Source: a virus
Taxonomy: Duplodnaviria; Caudoviricetes
Reading direction: 5' to 3' (one strand)
Length of the DNA: 64,000 bases
IMG/VR virus record: IMGVR_UViG_3300037507_003370
Location: 142,292 to 206,291 of that record
Made by a program: the position numbers and the translations under genes
The notes under the pieces: generated by a model
Databases searched by the model: none
Told to the model about the DNA's origin: nothing
What the model saw: the letters and a program-made list of their open reading frames with translations, nothing else
In this document: piece by piece, positions 17,411 to 26,994 of the stretch
Numbering within the stretch: position 1 is the first letter of the stretch
How the letters are laid out: the number at the start of each line of letters is the position of its first letter

Positions 17411-18653
17411 TAGCATTTTTGTACAGATAGCATCTTATAGGGATCCTCAATTAATTCCAACATTAGAGGATATGATTAATAATGCTAAGTATCCAGAAAA
17501 TTTATCTATAGGAATAGCATGGCAACATCATCCAGACGATGATTTTGATAATCTGGATAAATACAAAAAAGATAAAAGATTTAAAATATTAGATATAGAT
17601 TATAAAGATAGTAAAGGTGTTTGCTGGGCCAGAAATGCTGTTCAGAAATTATATGATGGAGAAAAATATACCTTGCAAATAGATAGTCATCACAGATTTG
17701 CAAAAAATTGGGATGAAACTCTAATAGATATGTTAAAAGATTTACAAGATAAAGGTCATGAAAAACCTTTAATAACTTCTTATATTCCTAGTTTTGATCC
17801 AGAGAAAGATCCTGAGTTAAGAGTTCAAGAACCATGGAAAATGAATTTTGATAGATTCATACCAGAAGGAGCCATATTCTTTTTACCAGCATCTTTTGAT
17901 AGTTTTGATGCAAAAGATAGACCTCTTCAGGGCCGTTTTTATAGTGCTCATTTTGCTTTTACTATTGGTGAGTTTGCATTAGAGGTTCAGCATAATCCAA
18001 ACTATTATTTTCATGGAGAAGAAATAAGCATAGCCGTTAGGGCTTTTACTCACGGATACGATATATTTCATCCTCATAAGGTAGTTTGTTGGCATGAATA
18101 TACCAGAAAGGGAAGATCCAAGCAATGGGACGATGATAGTATGTGGGTTGACAGAAATAACGAGTCTCACAGGATTAACAGAGTTCTATTTGGCATGGAT
18201 GATGAATTTGATAATGTTAATTTTGAAATTTATGGTTTCGGAAACAAAAGAACACTACATGACTATGAAAAGTATGCAGGAATATCTTTTAGTAAAAGAG
18301 CAATTCAGCAAGAGACTCTTGATCATAAAGAACCACCAAATACACAAGTATCAGAAGACGAGTGGGAAAACAGTCTATTAAATATATTCAAACACTGCAT
18401 AGATATAGGATACTCCCAGGTTCCAGAAACAGATTATGACTTTTGGTGCGTTGCATTTAAAGACTCTGAAGGAAAAGATCTTCATAGACAAGACGCCGAC
18501 GCAGATGAAATAGAAAGAATGAAGAATGATCCTGACAAATATTGTAAAGTTTGGAGAGAGTTCCAAACAAAAATCAAACCTAAAAAATGGATAGTTTGGC
18601 CACACAGCGTAAGTAAAGGGTGGTGTGATCCAATTGAGGGAGATCTTCCTTGA
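17382..18653 (+). CDS. GlcNAc-transferase (Gnt1/GT60-like, Pfam GlcNAc family)
   Basis: IFVQIASYRD, GVCWARN, LQIDSHHRF..WD, FHGEEIS..RAFTHGYD. Confidence 0.8.
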   Translation: MKGHKEKKTNSIFVQIASYRDPQLIPTLEDMINNAKYPENLSIGIAWQHHPDDDFDNLDKYKKDKRFKILDIDYKDSKGVCWARNAVQKLYDGEKYTLQIDSHHRFAKNWDETLIDMLKDLQDKGHEKPLITSYIPSFDPEKDPELRVQEPWKMNFDRFIPEGAIFFLPASFDSFDAKDRPLQGRFYSAHFAFTIGEFALEVQHNPNYYFHGEEISIAVRAFTHGYDIFHPHKVVCWHEYTRKGRSKQWDDDSMWVDRNNESHRINRVLFGMDDEFDNVNFEIYGFGNKRTLHDYEKYAGISFSKRAIQQETLDHKEPPNTQVSEDEWENSLLNIFKHCIDIGYSQVPETDYDFWCVAFKDSEGKDLHRQDADADEIERMKNDPDKYCKVWREFQTKIKPKKWIVWPHSVSKGWCDPIEGDLP

Positions 18654-19396
18654 AAAACTATAGTGTTGGCATAACTACTTTTTCAAAAAGATTTGATCAT
18701 TTGTCTAAACTAGTTAATCAAATTAGACAATTAGATGATTGTGATATAATATTAACAATAAATGGAAATTATAATTGTGAATTTGATGAGGATTATAGGA
18801 AAAATGTTTTATCTTTATGCTCACAATATTCAAAAGTTTATCCAATATTCTTTCCTGAACAACGAGGTTTATCTAAGCTTTGGAATAGTATAGTCATACA
18901 TAGTAAAACCGATTGGATATTAATGCTTAACGATGACGTTGAGTTAACAGAAAATGAAATATTTACAATACTAAATAATTTACCAAAAGATAAACCAGAT
19001 ATAAAAAGAATAAATGGTACTTTTTCTCATTTTATCTTGCATAAAGACTGTATAGATGATCTTGGGTACTTTGATGAAAGATTGCTCGGTTTTGGAGAAG
19101 AGGATGGGGATATAGTATATAGATATATAGCTAAATACGACAGATGGTTAGAAGATATATGGGTACATGGTTTTACGAATTTATGCGTATCTAGTAGGGA
19201 TGAAAATATCAAACCTGGAGTAAGTAAGTATTCAGCGTTTAATAGAAATTTCTGTTTCCATAATAATGATTGCAAATATAAACCAGATGAAAATGGTATA
19301 TCAAGTATGTTTGGATACAAGATGACAAAAAATATACCAGATGAATCACAGTATTGTTATGAAAAGTTTTTTAAGCAACATAAACACGAATTATGA
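18650..19396 (+). CDS. GT2-like glycosyltransferase
   Basis: LMLNDD, GYFDERLLGFGEEDGD. Confidence 0.75.
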   Translation: MKNYSVGITTFSKRFDHLSKLVNQIRQLDDCDIILTINGNYNCEFDEDYRKNVLSLCSQYSKVYPIFFPEQRGLSKLWNSIVIHSKTDWILMLNDDVELTENEIFTILNNLPKDKPDIKRINGTFSHFILHKDCIDDLGYFDERLLGFGEEDGDIVYRYIAKYDRWLEDIWVHGFTNLCVSSRDENIKPGVSKYSAFNRNFCFHNNDCKYKPDENGISSMFGYKMTKNIPDESQYCYEKFFKQHKHEL

Positions 19397-19989
19397 ATAT
19401 AAATTTTATAACTCCTTTGTATAGGTACGATAATATACCAACAATATATGAAAATATTAATTCTATAACCTCAAATTTTAATTGGTACTTAATAGAAGGA
19501 TCTAATAAAATAGGAGACACTGATGTATCTCATATCTTAAAAGATAGCAGGGTGGTTTATCATAAAATAAATACTCAACAAATTTGGGGACATGAACAAA
19601 GGAATTTCTTTATCAAAAATATTGAATGCGTTAGTGACGATTGGTGTTATTTTTTAGATGACGATAATTTAATAACTCAAGATATTATTGATGTTATTAA
19701 TGATAAAGACAATTCTAACGCAGATATAATTCTTATGTCTCAAAAGATGGGGAATACAGATCAGACTAGACTATACGGACTTCTAGGACACTTAAGTTTA
19801 GGAAATTGTGATATAGGATCTTTTCTAATAAAATATAAAATCATCAAAAATACATACATATATAATGAAGATCAAAGAAATGCAGATGGTCATTATTGTG
19901 AACAATTAAATTCTATAAATAATATTAATATTAAATATTTGTTAAATAAATTTACTAAATATAATGCTTTATCGGATAAAATTTTATGA
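19393..19989 (+). CDS. GT2-like glycosyltransferase
   Basis: FITPLYR, YFLDDDN, NADG. Confidence 0.7.
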   Translation: MNINFITPLYRYDNIPTIYENINSITSNFNWYLIEGSNKIGDTDVSHILKDSRVVYHKINTQQIWGHEQRNFFIKNIECVSDDWCYFLDDDNLITQDIIDVINDKDNSNADIILMSQKMGNTDQTRLYGLLGHLSLGNCDIGSFLIKYKIIKNTYIYNEDQRNADGHYCEQLNSINNINIKYLLNKFTKYNALSDKIL

Positions 19990-20717
19990 AAAAAACTATA
20001 TCTCTTAATATGAAATTTTGGCACGATGGTCAAGAAGATTCCACAAGAACCAGAAATGTTATATATTGCTGGAATGATCTTAAAAAATTAAATACTTTTA
20101 TAAATAATCATAGTATAAATTTTAATTCTTCTTGTTATTTATTTGATTTTTCTCCAGAAAAAATTATAGACGATGCTATACATATCCCGTATCCCATTGG
20201 AGAATATAAAAAAGCAGAAAAAACTAATATTATATTAAAACAATATGTTAATAATCTAAATTATTTTATGATGTTCGATTCAGACACATTCTTTGACTCC
20301 CAAGACTATGATGCTCTAGTTAAAATTATAGATAATCTAGAAAAAAACGACATAATAACCTTTGACGCTGCTAAATTAGACGATATAAATAATTGTTTTA
20401 TTGATAATATTTTTAATAGAACTAATGCCAATTGGAATTATGCGTATTCTGGAGCAAAAGAAAACGGACCATTAAATGGATACAGAGGTGGTCTTGGAGG
20501 AGTATATATAATAGACACAAGTATACTATTAAATCTTGATGGTTTTGACGAAAAATATATTGGATGGGGAGGAGAGGATGGAGAAATGATGAATAGAATA
20601 TACAATTCTGGATTTTTAAATAATATTAAACCACAAAAAGATATAGCTCCATTCCACATGCCACACTTTTGCGATTACGGCAATGACAAATATTACCAGA
20701 GGTTTAAAGATGAATAA
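19986..20717 (+). CDS. GT2/GT7-like galactosyltransferase
   Basis: MFDSD, GFDEKYIGWGGEDGE. Confidence 0.75.
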   Translation: MKKTISLNMKFWHDGQEDSTRTRNVIYCWNDLKKLNTFINNHSINFNSSCYLFDFSPEKIIDDAIHIPYPIGEYKKAEKTNIILKQYVNNLNYFMMFDSDTFFDSQDYDALVKIIDNLEKNDIITFDAAKLDDINNCFIDNIFNRTNANWNYAYSGAKENGPLNGYRGGLGGVYIIDTSILLNLDGFDEKYIGWGGEDGEMMNRIYNSGFLNNIKPQKDIAPFHMPHFCDYGNDKYYQRFKDE

Positions 20718-21621
20718 AAAAGTTAAAATAGAATGTTGGTGGACTTCTTCTGAAAGTATCACAAAAAGAACGCTAGATCAATTTAATATCAATAATAATA
20801 TTTCAGATTTAGATTTTGTAACAGACTCAGATTATGAATGGTTAGTTATTTGTGGTAAACTACCATCGCATTTACAATCAAATTCTATTGATAAATCTAA
20901 AACAATTTTTTTCGGTATGGAACCCAGTTGGTCTCCTAATACAGACAAAAATGCTGCTGACTATAGTAAATATATTTGTACTCATAACAAAAGTATTTTT
21001 AATAATAAAGATGCAATATTTTTTGAAGAGCCAAATTATATGTTTTATGGTGGTCGAGGAGATGAAGGATGGGATATAAACAATATAAATAAAATGAATT
21101 TTGATAATAAATCTAAAGATTTAAGTATTATAGTAACAAAAAGAGGCAATCATTGGGGAGCCGTAAATATTTATGATCAAAGAGTTGCTCTTGGAGATGC
21201 ATTGACTAAATATAATGATATAGACATATATGGAACATTATGGGAAAATAATAATCAAAATATACATGGAGAAACATGGAATAAATTTGTTGGATTATCT
21301 GACTATAAATTTTCTGTTGCTCTAGAAAATACATCTGAAAATAATTATATCACAGAAAAATTTTATGATTGTTTATTAACTAATACTATTCCCATTTATC
21401 ATGGGGCCCCTAATGTGTCTGACTATTTTGACCCTAATGGCTTCGTTTATCTTCCAGACATATATGATACAACCAGTTGCGTAGAAATAATACGTAATTT
21501 ATTTGATAATATTGATAATGAATATCAGAAAAGAAAAAATGCGTGTATAAATAATAAGAACGTTTATTTGAATAAACATAATATAATCAATAAAATCAAA
21601 AACATTATTTACAATGAGTAA
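20710..21621 (+). CDS. GT10-like fucosyltransferase
   Basis: MEP; YKFSVALENTSENNYITEKFYDCLLTNTIPIYHG (alpha-1,3-fucosyltransferase motif); likely start MNKKVK. Confidence 0.85.
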   Translation: MNKKVKIECWWTSSESITKRTLDQFNINNNISDLDFVTDSDYEWLVICGKLPSHLQSNSIDKSKTIFFGMEPSWSPNTDKNAADYSKYICTHNKSIFNNKDAIFFEEPNYMFYGGRGDEGWDINNINKMNFDNKSKDLSIIVTKRGNHWGAVNIYDQRVALGDALTKYNDIDIYGTLWENNNQNIHGETWNKFVGLSDYKFSVALENTSENNYITEKFYDCLLTNTIPIYHGAPNVSDYFDPNGFVYLPDIYDTTSCVEIIRNLFDNIDNEYQKRKNACINNKNVYLNKHNIINKIKNIIYNE

Positions 21622-22495
21622 TTATATTGTAACAGCTATATACGACGGTCTTCATGGAACTAGTCTTGGAGGAAGAGCATCCAGAGGAGAGCACTATAGA
21701 CATAGCTTTAAATCAATAAGTAAGATTACTGATACCGAATATACAATATATACTAACGAGCATGATCCTATTAAAACATTTATGGTTGATAATATAAGTA
21801 ATGTAAAATATGATTTAAAAACTTATGATCTAAACAATTCAGAGTATTCTGCAAAAATAAATAATATTAAAGATATAGAATCAACTAAATCTTCTTCTCG
21901 ATGTATTGAATTACAATATTCTAAATTTACGTGGATTGAATCTTTAGCAAATTTAATAAATGAAGAAGACTACATATATTGGTTTGATGCTGGGTTGTCT
22001 TATAGTGGATTAATACCAGACAAGCATCTAGGCAATAAAGGATATCACGACTATAATTATTATTCTCCATTATTTAATAATCAATTTTTTAGTAATTTAA
22101 TTTCATATACGGATGAGTCTTTTTTTTGTATAGCAAAAGATAATGTTAACTTTTTTTGGGACGGAGGACTACCAGATAAATGGTATATAAATGGAAAAGA
22201 TTGTTCTAATCATATAATTGGTGGGCTATTTGGTGGAAAATCAAAAATAGTAAAGCAAGTCTGTTCATTATTTAGGTCTTTAGCAAATAATTTATTAGAC
22301 GATGAAAAAAATTTATATAGCGAAGAGAATATTTTAACTGTTTTATATTATAATCATAAAGAATTATTTAAAACAAAAACTTTTGATATATGGTGGCATG
22401 AAAATAATATTGTTGGCAATGTAGGAGAAGAAAGAGCAAAAGAACTACTATCTTCTACTAAAAGTTTTTATCATATACTTGAAGAGCTTCAGTGA
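21614..22495 (+). CDS. HtrL/YibB-like glycosyltransferase (paralog of the 15770 N-terminal domain)
   Basis: IVTAIYD, YIYWFDAG, GGLFGG, SEENIL. Confidence 0.65.
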   Translation: MSNYIVTAIYDGLHGTSLGGRASRGEHYRHSFKSISKITDTEYTIYTNEHDPIKTFMVDNISNVKYDLKTYDLNNSEYSAKINNIKDIESTKSSSRCIELQYSKFTWIESLANLINEEDYIYWFDAGLSYSGLIPDKHLGNKGYHDYNYYSPLFNNQFFSNLISYTDESFFCIAKDNVNFFWDGGLPDKWYINGKDCSNHIIGGLFGGKSKIVKQVCSLFRSLANNLLDDEKNLYSEENILTVLYYNHKELFKTKTFDIWWHENNIVGNVGEERAKELLSSTKSFYHILEELQ

Positions 22496-23193
22496 CTAGT
22501 GTTTTCAATTATCCAATCATAAATTGATGACACCTTCACATGTCCTGATATATCATCAAAATCACTGTCTGGCTTGCTGTCTGATGGAGATTTAACAATC
22601 GAGTTGATGCCTATTAGTTCACCAGTTTTTAAAAACAAGCCCCCACCGCTGTCACCAACAGCAGAGATGCCATTTAATTCTATGTTGGAGTTCGGATCGA
22701 ATTTACAAAAAACAAGATCGCCCATTGTGCCAAAAATCTTATTATTTGCTGCTCTTTTTTTAAAATCATATTTTATTGATCCAACTTGTCCATCGCCGGT
22801 TTTTCCATATCCTACAATTGTACATTCTTGATCTGTTTTTAGATCTTCTATATATAGTTCTGTTTTATTTTTAAATTCTGGAATTTCTACTTTTAACAAA
22901 GCAACATCAGAATTTTTATTTTTTATAATTTCTATTGGATTATATGATTGCCCATTAAATATAATATTAATATCTTTTTTATATTCAATAGAGTGTTTTG
23001 TTGTTAGTATCCAATTATTATTCAATAATACTCCACTAGAAAAAGTAGAGCCAGTTTCAATTTTTAAAACATTATTGAATTTTTCTCCATACTCTATATA
23101 TCTTTGATCGTCATATTTTTTATCTATTACTACTGCACTAGCTTCTGTTGTTACTATAAATAGTGCTAATAAAATTATAGATAAATATTTCAT
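22489..23193 (-). CDS. Trypsin-like (S1) serine protease with predicted signal peptide
   Basis: WILTTKH (His), SDVALL (Asp), GDSGGG (Ser); hydrophobic N-terminus MKYLSIILLALFIV; ATGA overlap with the actin stop. Confidence 0.88.
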   Translation of the reverse strand: MKYLSIILLALFIVTTEASAVVIDKKYDDQRYIEYGEKFNNVLKIETGSTFSSGVLLNNNWILTTKHSIEYKKDINIIFNGQSYNPIEIIKNKNSDVALLKVEIPEFKNKTELYIEDLKTDQECTIVGYGKTGDGQVGSIKYDFKKRAANNKIFGTMGDLVFCKFDPNSNIELNGISAVGDSGGGLFLKTGELIGINSIVKSPSDSKPDSDFDDISGHVKVSSIYDWIIENTSH

Positions 23194-24209
23194 AAAATTT
23201 TTGCAGCTATTAGACATCCCCTAGCAACAGAATGCAGTGGGTCTTTTGCATGTTTAATTTGTTCAATTTTAATTGGAAATGAATTTTCTTTAATCTTTTT
23301 ATTAAACGTTTCTATAAATCCTTTAGGTTGAGAAGTACCTCCAGATATTGCTATCGTTAATGGCTTCTTAAACTTTGGTAACATTTTATGGTCTTCTAAT
23401 GCCGCACATAACTGTTTTACCGTATAGTCTATTAATCTTTCATAATATGCCGATACCGCAGAGAGTATATGATTATCGTTCTTTTCTCCTATTGTGAAAT
23501 CCCCATGCTCTTTCTCTGCTTGAACAACACTATCCTCTTCTCCTGTTGCGACTGCACTCATTCTATCTATCCAGTCCCCAGATTTTGTTGTTGAAAAAGA
23601 TATTACTGGCTCTCCATTAAGCATTACGCATACATTTACCATACCAGCACCCCAAGACAGACCTATTCCCGTATAATTTTCTTCTGATAGTTCTGAATAG
23701 CACAGCGCCTCTGCTTCATATATTGCTTTTGCATTATATCCGCATTCTTTCAAAATATTTTTTACTAAATCCTCGTGGTATCCTACATTAAATTCTTCGT
23801 CTTCTTGATCAACAGGCTGTGCAGGAATACAGAATACTAATTTTTCATTCATTACCTGAGAAATTCCCACAACTTCTTTCAGAATAAAAGATAGTATCTT
23901 TCTTGCATCTTTTTCTTTTGGTGACACAACGCCTCTAAACATTGGCCTTTTAGCGCTTTCATTTCTCTCTAACGCTTGATCTATTGCATCTTGACCCAAC
24001 ACAATAAAAGAACCATCTTGATCTTTTATAAATGTTTTCCCATTTAGTCCTTTTTGTATCATTGTATTGGCTATACTTGTTGCTGGTTTGATAGCATAAA
24101 AAGCATCTCTGAAATCTCTGTATTCAATAGAATTAATTCCATTGTCAGCCTCGTCTGGACTTTTAGCTAATACTATATAAGAGGTACCAACATCTAAGCC
24201 TTTAGCCAT
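23190..24209 (-). CDS. Actin-fold ATPase resembling volactin/salactin (MamK/MreB superfamily)
   Basis: Phosphate-1 GLDVGTS, connect-1 EAEAL, phosphate-2 GLSWGAGMVN, adenosine ISGGTS, connect-2 DPLHSVARGC. Confidence 0.85.
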   Translation of the reverse strand: MAKGLDVGTSYIVLAKSPDEADNGINSIEYRDFRDAFYAIKPATSIANTMIQKGLNGKTFIKDQDGSFIVLGQDAIDQALERNESAKRPMFRGVVSPKEKDARKILSFILKEVVGISQVMNEKLVFCIPAQPVDQEDEEFNVGYHEDLVKNILKECGYNAKAIYEAEALCYSELSEENYTGIGLSWGAGMVNVCVMLNGEPVISFSTTKSGDWIDRMSAVATGEEDSVVQAEKEHGDFTIGEKNDNHILSAVSAYYERLIDYTVKQLCAALEDHKMLPKFKKPLTIAISGGTSQPKGFIETFNKKIKENSFPIKIEQIKHAKDPLHSVARGCLIAAKIL

Positions 24210-24552
24210 TTGAATCTCCTTTTAAATTTTTTAGTTTATTGATATTATTATCAATATCATCTTCTATATATTGTGTTTTATATATATCGTCACAAAATTT
24301 AGTTACACCTTTTACATTTGTGTCGGTTACATATACAGTATCATCAATTAATATTTTGCTCATTTTTTTCTTATTATCTTTTGGAATAATATTTTTGATT
24401 TCATAATCATTAGATTGTTTTTCTATCTTATGGCTATGGCTACTAATAGTTTCAGTATTTTTATTTTTTGCATATAAATATCCTATTGTTATTCCTAAAT
24501 TAAATATAGTTATATAAACTAAAAATATCAACAATAAATCTATTGTATCCAT
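24202..24552 (-). CDS. Single-pass membrane protein coupled to the actin gene
   Basis: TM segment LLLIFLVYITIFNLGITIGYLY; 8-nt overlap with the actin start, whose RBS lies in its 3' end. Confidence 0.7.
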   Translation of the reverse strand: MDTIDLLLIFLVYITIFNLGITIGYLYAKNKNTETISSHSHKIEKQSNDYEIKNIIPKDNKKKMSKILIDDTVYVTDTNVKGVTKFCDDIYKTQYIEDDIDNNINKLKNLKGDSNG

Positions 24553-25463
24553 AATTTAAAATCACCAGGATTTATTATACCATATCCTTCGTATTTTTTA
24601 TTATACGCATAAACAGGATTTGATAGATGTATCGATCCTATTTTTAGTCTTTCAATATATTTATCATAATTCAAAATTATATTTCTATTTTTCATATAAG
24701 AACATAGTAAAGCAGCACATCCCGCAACAAATGGATTGCTCATACTTGTACCACTCATTGTGGCATAGCTATTATTTGGATAACAGCTGATTATATCATG
24801 TCCTGGAGCTAAAAAATCTAAAGTTTCCCCACTACATGTAAAACTTGTTCTATTCATAGTTTTATCTATAGCTCCAATACTAACTGTATTATTGTATTTT
24901 GCAGGGTACATTATATCAACATTTTCTCCACTATTACCAGCGGCACAAAATATTCCACAATTCTTTTTTGCTGCATAATTAATAGCATTTTCAAAAACTT
25001 TGCTATATACAGAAGATCCTAGAGACATAGTAATAATATCAGCACCGTTATCTACTGCCCAATATATTGAATCAATAATCCATGAGTCCATTCCTGAGCC
25101 ATCATCTCCAAGGCACTTTACTGGCATGATTTTAGCTTTTGGTGCAACTCCTACCATTCCTTTTCCATTATTTGACGCGGCTATTGTTCCAGCGACATGC
25201 GTTCCATGACCACACCTATCAATTGGTGGACTATTTTTATCTACAAAATTTTTACCATCAACTAGGTTATCTTTCAAGTCTAAGTGATCTAAATCGCAGC
25301 CAGAATCTAAAACAGCAACAACCACATTTTCTCCCTGAGAATAATTCCATTGAGACACAACATTCAATACATCTAATTCCCAACCAATAAATTGAGAATC
25401 GTTTGGAGACAATCCGTATATATGTTCTTCTGTATATGGAAGTAATTTAATTTTTTTATTCAT
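24540..25463 (-). CDS. Subtilisin-family (S8) protease, intracellular (ISP) type
   Basis: VAVLDSG, HGTHVAGT, AAGN, SGTSM; no signal peptide or propeptide; N-terminal KLLPY resembles the ISP LIPY/F motif. Confidence 0.92.
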   Translation of the reverse strand: MNKKIKLLPYTEEHIYGLSPNDSQFIGWELDVLNVVSQWNYSQGENVVVAVLDSGCDLDHLDLKDNLVDGKNFVDKNSPPIDRCGHGTHVAGTIAASNNGKGMVGVAPKAKIMPVKCLGDDGSGMDSWIIDSIYWAVDNGADIITMSLGSSVYSKVFENAINYAAKKNCGIFCAAGNSGENVDIMYPAKYNNTVSIGAIDKTMNRTSFTCSGETLDFLAPGHDIISCYPNNSYATMSGTSMSNPFVAGCAALLCSYMKNRNIILNYDKYIERLKIGSIHLSNPVYAYNKKYEGYGIINPGDFKLWIQ

Positions 25464-26247
25464 TTTCGTGTTTTTTTATTGTTTCTATTATCCATGGTTT
25501 AAAAGTTGATATTCTAGTATGAGCACTCTCGTCTCCATAATTTGAATCTGGTTTTTTGTCTGTCGATGTTACGAACGAATTTATTCCAGCTAATTTTCCA
25601 TCTATAAATAGACCTCCTCCACTATCTCCGTGTGCTGGTAAAAATTCTAATATAGTTTGATTTTTTTTATTCTCAGTCATATCGCACATAAGCATATATT
25701 CATTTACAGATATTATTCTATTTGTTCCAGCTCTTTTTTTTAAGTCAAAAGTTTTTGCTCCCGTTATCCCGGTGCCATACATTCCATAACCAGATATGCT
25801 GCATATCTTATTTTCTTCTTTTTTATCTGAATATAATATTGGAAATTCATTAATTTCCTCTACTTTCGAAGATAATCTTCCTATAGCTATATCATTCATG
25901 CTCACTGGAATATTTTCATTAAAATCTTTATGTATTATAATAAGATCCAAGTCATACCTTTTATTATCTTCTCCAATAACTATATACTGATCTTTACTAC
26001 AGCTAATTACATGAGCGGCTGTTAGTATCCATTTGGGTTTTATTAAAACGGCAGACGCTGAAATTTCAAGATTCTTTTCTTTAGGACTTTTTATGTTTCC
26101 ATAGATTTTTACTATGGTTTTATATTTTGCAGCATGGTTTAAATATTTTGATTCATCTACATCATGTCTTATAGTTCCAGCACATAGAATTTTTGTGCTA
26201 ATAATAACTATTATAATCCATAGCCATTTATTTTTTGTTAGTAACAT
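25456..26247 (-). CDS. Trypsin-like (S1) serine protease with predicted signal peptide
   Basis: WILTAAHV, NDIAI, GDSGGG; hydrophobic N-terminus followed by GTIRHD. Confidence 0.9.
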   Translation of the reverse strand: MLLTKNKWLWIIIVIISTKILCAGTIRHDVDESKYLNHAAKYKTIVKIYGNIKSPKEKNLEISASAVLIKPKWILTAAHVISCSKDQYIVIGEDNKRYDLDLIIIHKDFNENIPVSMNDIAIGRLSSKVEEINEFPILYSDKKEENKICSISGYGMYGTGITGAKTFDLKKRAGTNRIISVNEYMLMCDMTENKKNQTILEFLPAHGDSGGGLFIDGKLAGINSFVTSTDKKPDSNYGDESAHTRISTFKPWIIETIKKHENE

Positions 26248-26269
26248 TTTATATCTCCAAGTTATTTTG

Positions 26270-26578
26270 CTATGGTCTTGTTTTTACTTTTTTAAAGTAA
26301 TTTTCACAATCTGATATTATATCTTTATTCCAGCTTTGATAATTCATTAAATGACCAAACGTAAAATGACATGGATCATCGCATAGAGTTATCAAATTTT
26401 CTAAATCTAATTCCTTACTAGGGTCTAAATGAACTGGTACTATATGATGCACTTCTAATTTTTTATTTCTTCCACAAGCAGCGCAATTTGGATTGTTTTT
26501 TAAATGCTGTTTTCTAATTTTTGACCAATCTGGTGACCTTTCTGCAAATCTAATTTTTTTAAAAATTAATCCAAACAT
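26270..26578 (-). CDS. HNH endonuclease
   Basis: CAACG..EVHHIVP..NLITLC..CHFTFGH. Confidence 0.88.
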   Translation of the reverse strand: MFGLIFKKIRFAERSPDWSKIRKQHLKNNPNCAACGRNKKLEVHHIVPVHLDPSKELDLENLITLCDDPCHFTFGHLMNYQSWNKDIISDCENYFKKVKTRP

Positions 26579-26994
26579 TTTAATCTATTCTTAATTTCTG
26601 TTGTTGATACGCCTTTAGTATAAGGTATATACACTAATACTATATTGTTTTGTTCTAACCACTGCTGAGTAAAGCTCATTTGGCCATAATAATCTTTTTT
26701 TGCCCAATCATCTCCTATGGCTATGATACTGGGCTTAGTCTGCATTATTGCTGGCTTACTATCTTTACCTTCAATATTCGGTATTACTAGATCAACATAA
26801 CAGCATAATTCTAAACATTTTTTTCTTTCTTCATAAGACATTATTGGTTTTTGTTTTTTGTATTCGAATATAAATTCGTCTGTATTCAATGAAACAACGA
26901 CTTTGTCTGATATCATTTTGCATTGCTTTAAAAAATTCATATGCCCATAGTGAAGTAGGTCGAATGTCCCACCTGTGTATAAGATTTTATCCAT
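26566..26994 (-). CDS. Cytidylyltransferase (TagD/RfaE-like HxGH family)
   Basis: YTGGTFDLLHYGH, ERKKCL, GDDW, GVSTTEI. Confidence 0.9.
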   Translation of the reverse strand: MDKILYTGGTFDLLHYGHMNFLKQCKMISDKVVVSLNTDEFIFEYKKQKPIMSYEERKKCLELCCYVDLVIPNIEGKDSKPAIMQTKPSIIAIGDDWAKKDYYGQMSFTQQWLEQNNIVLVYIPYTKGVSTTEIKNRLKCLD

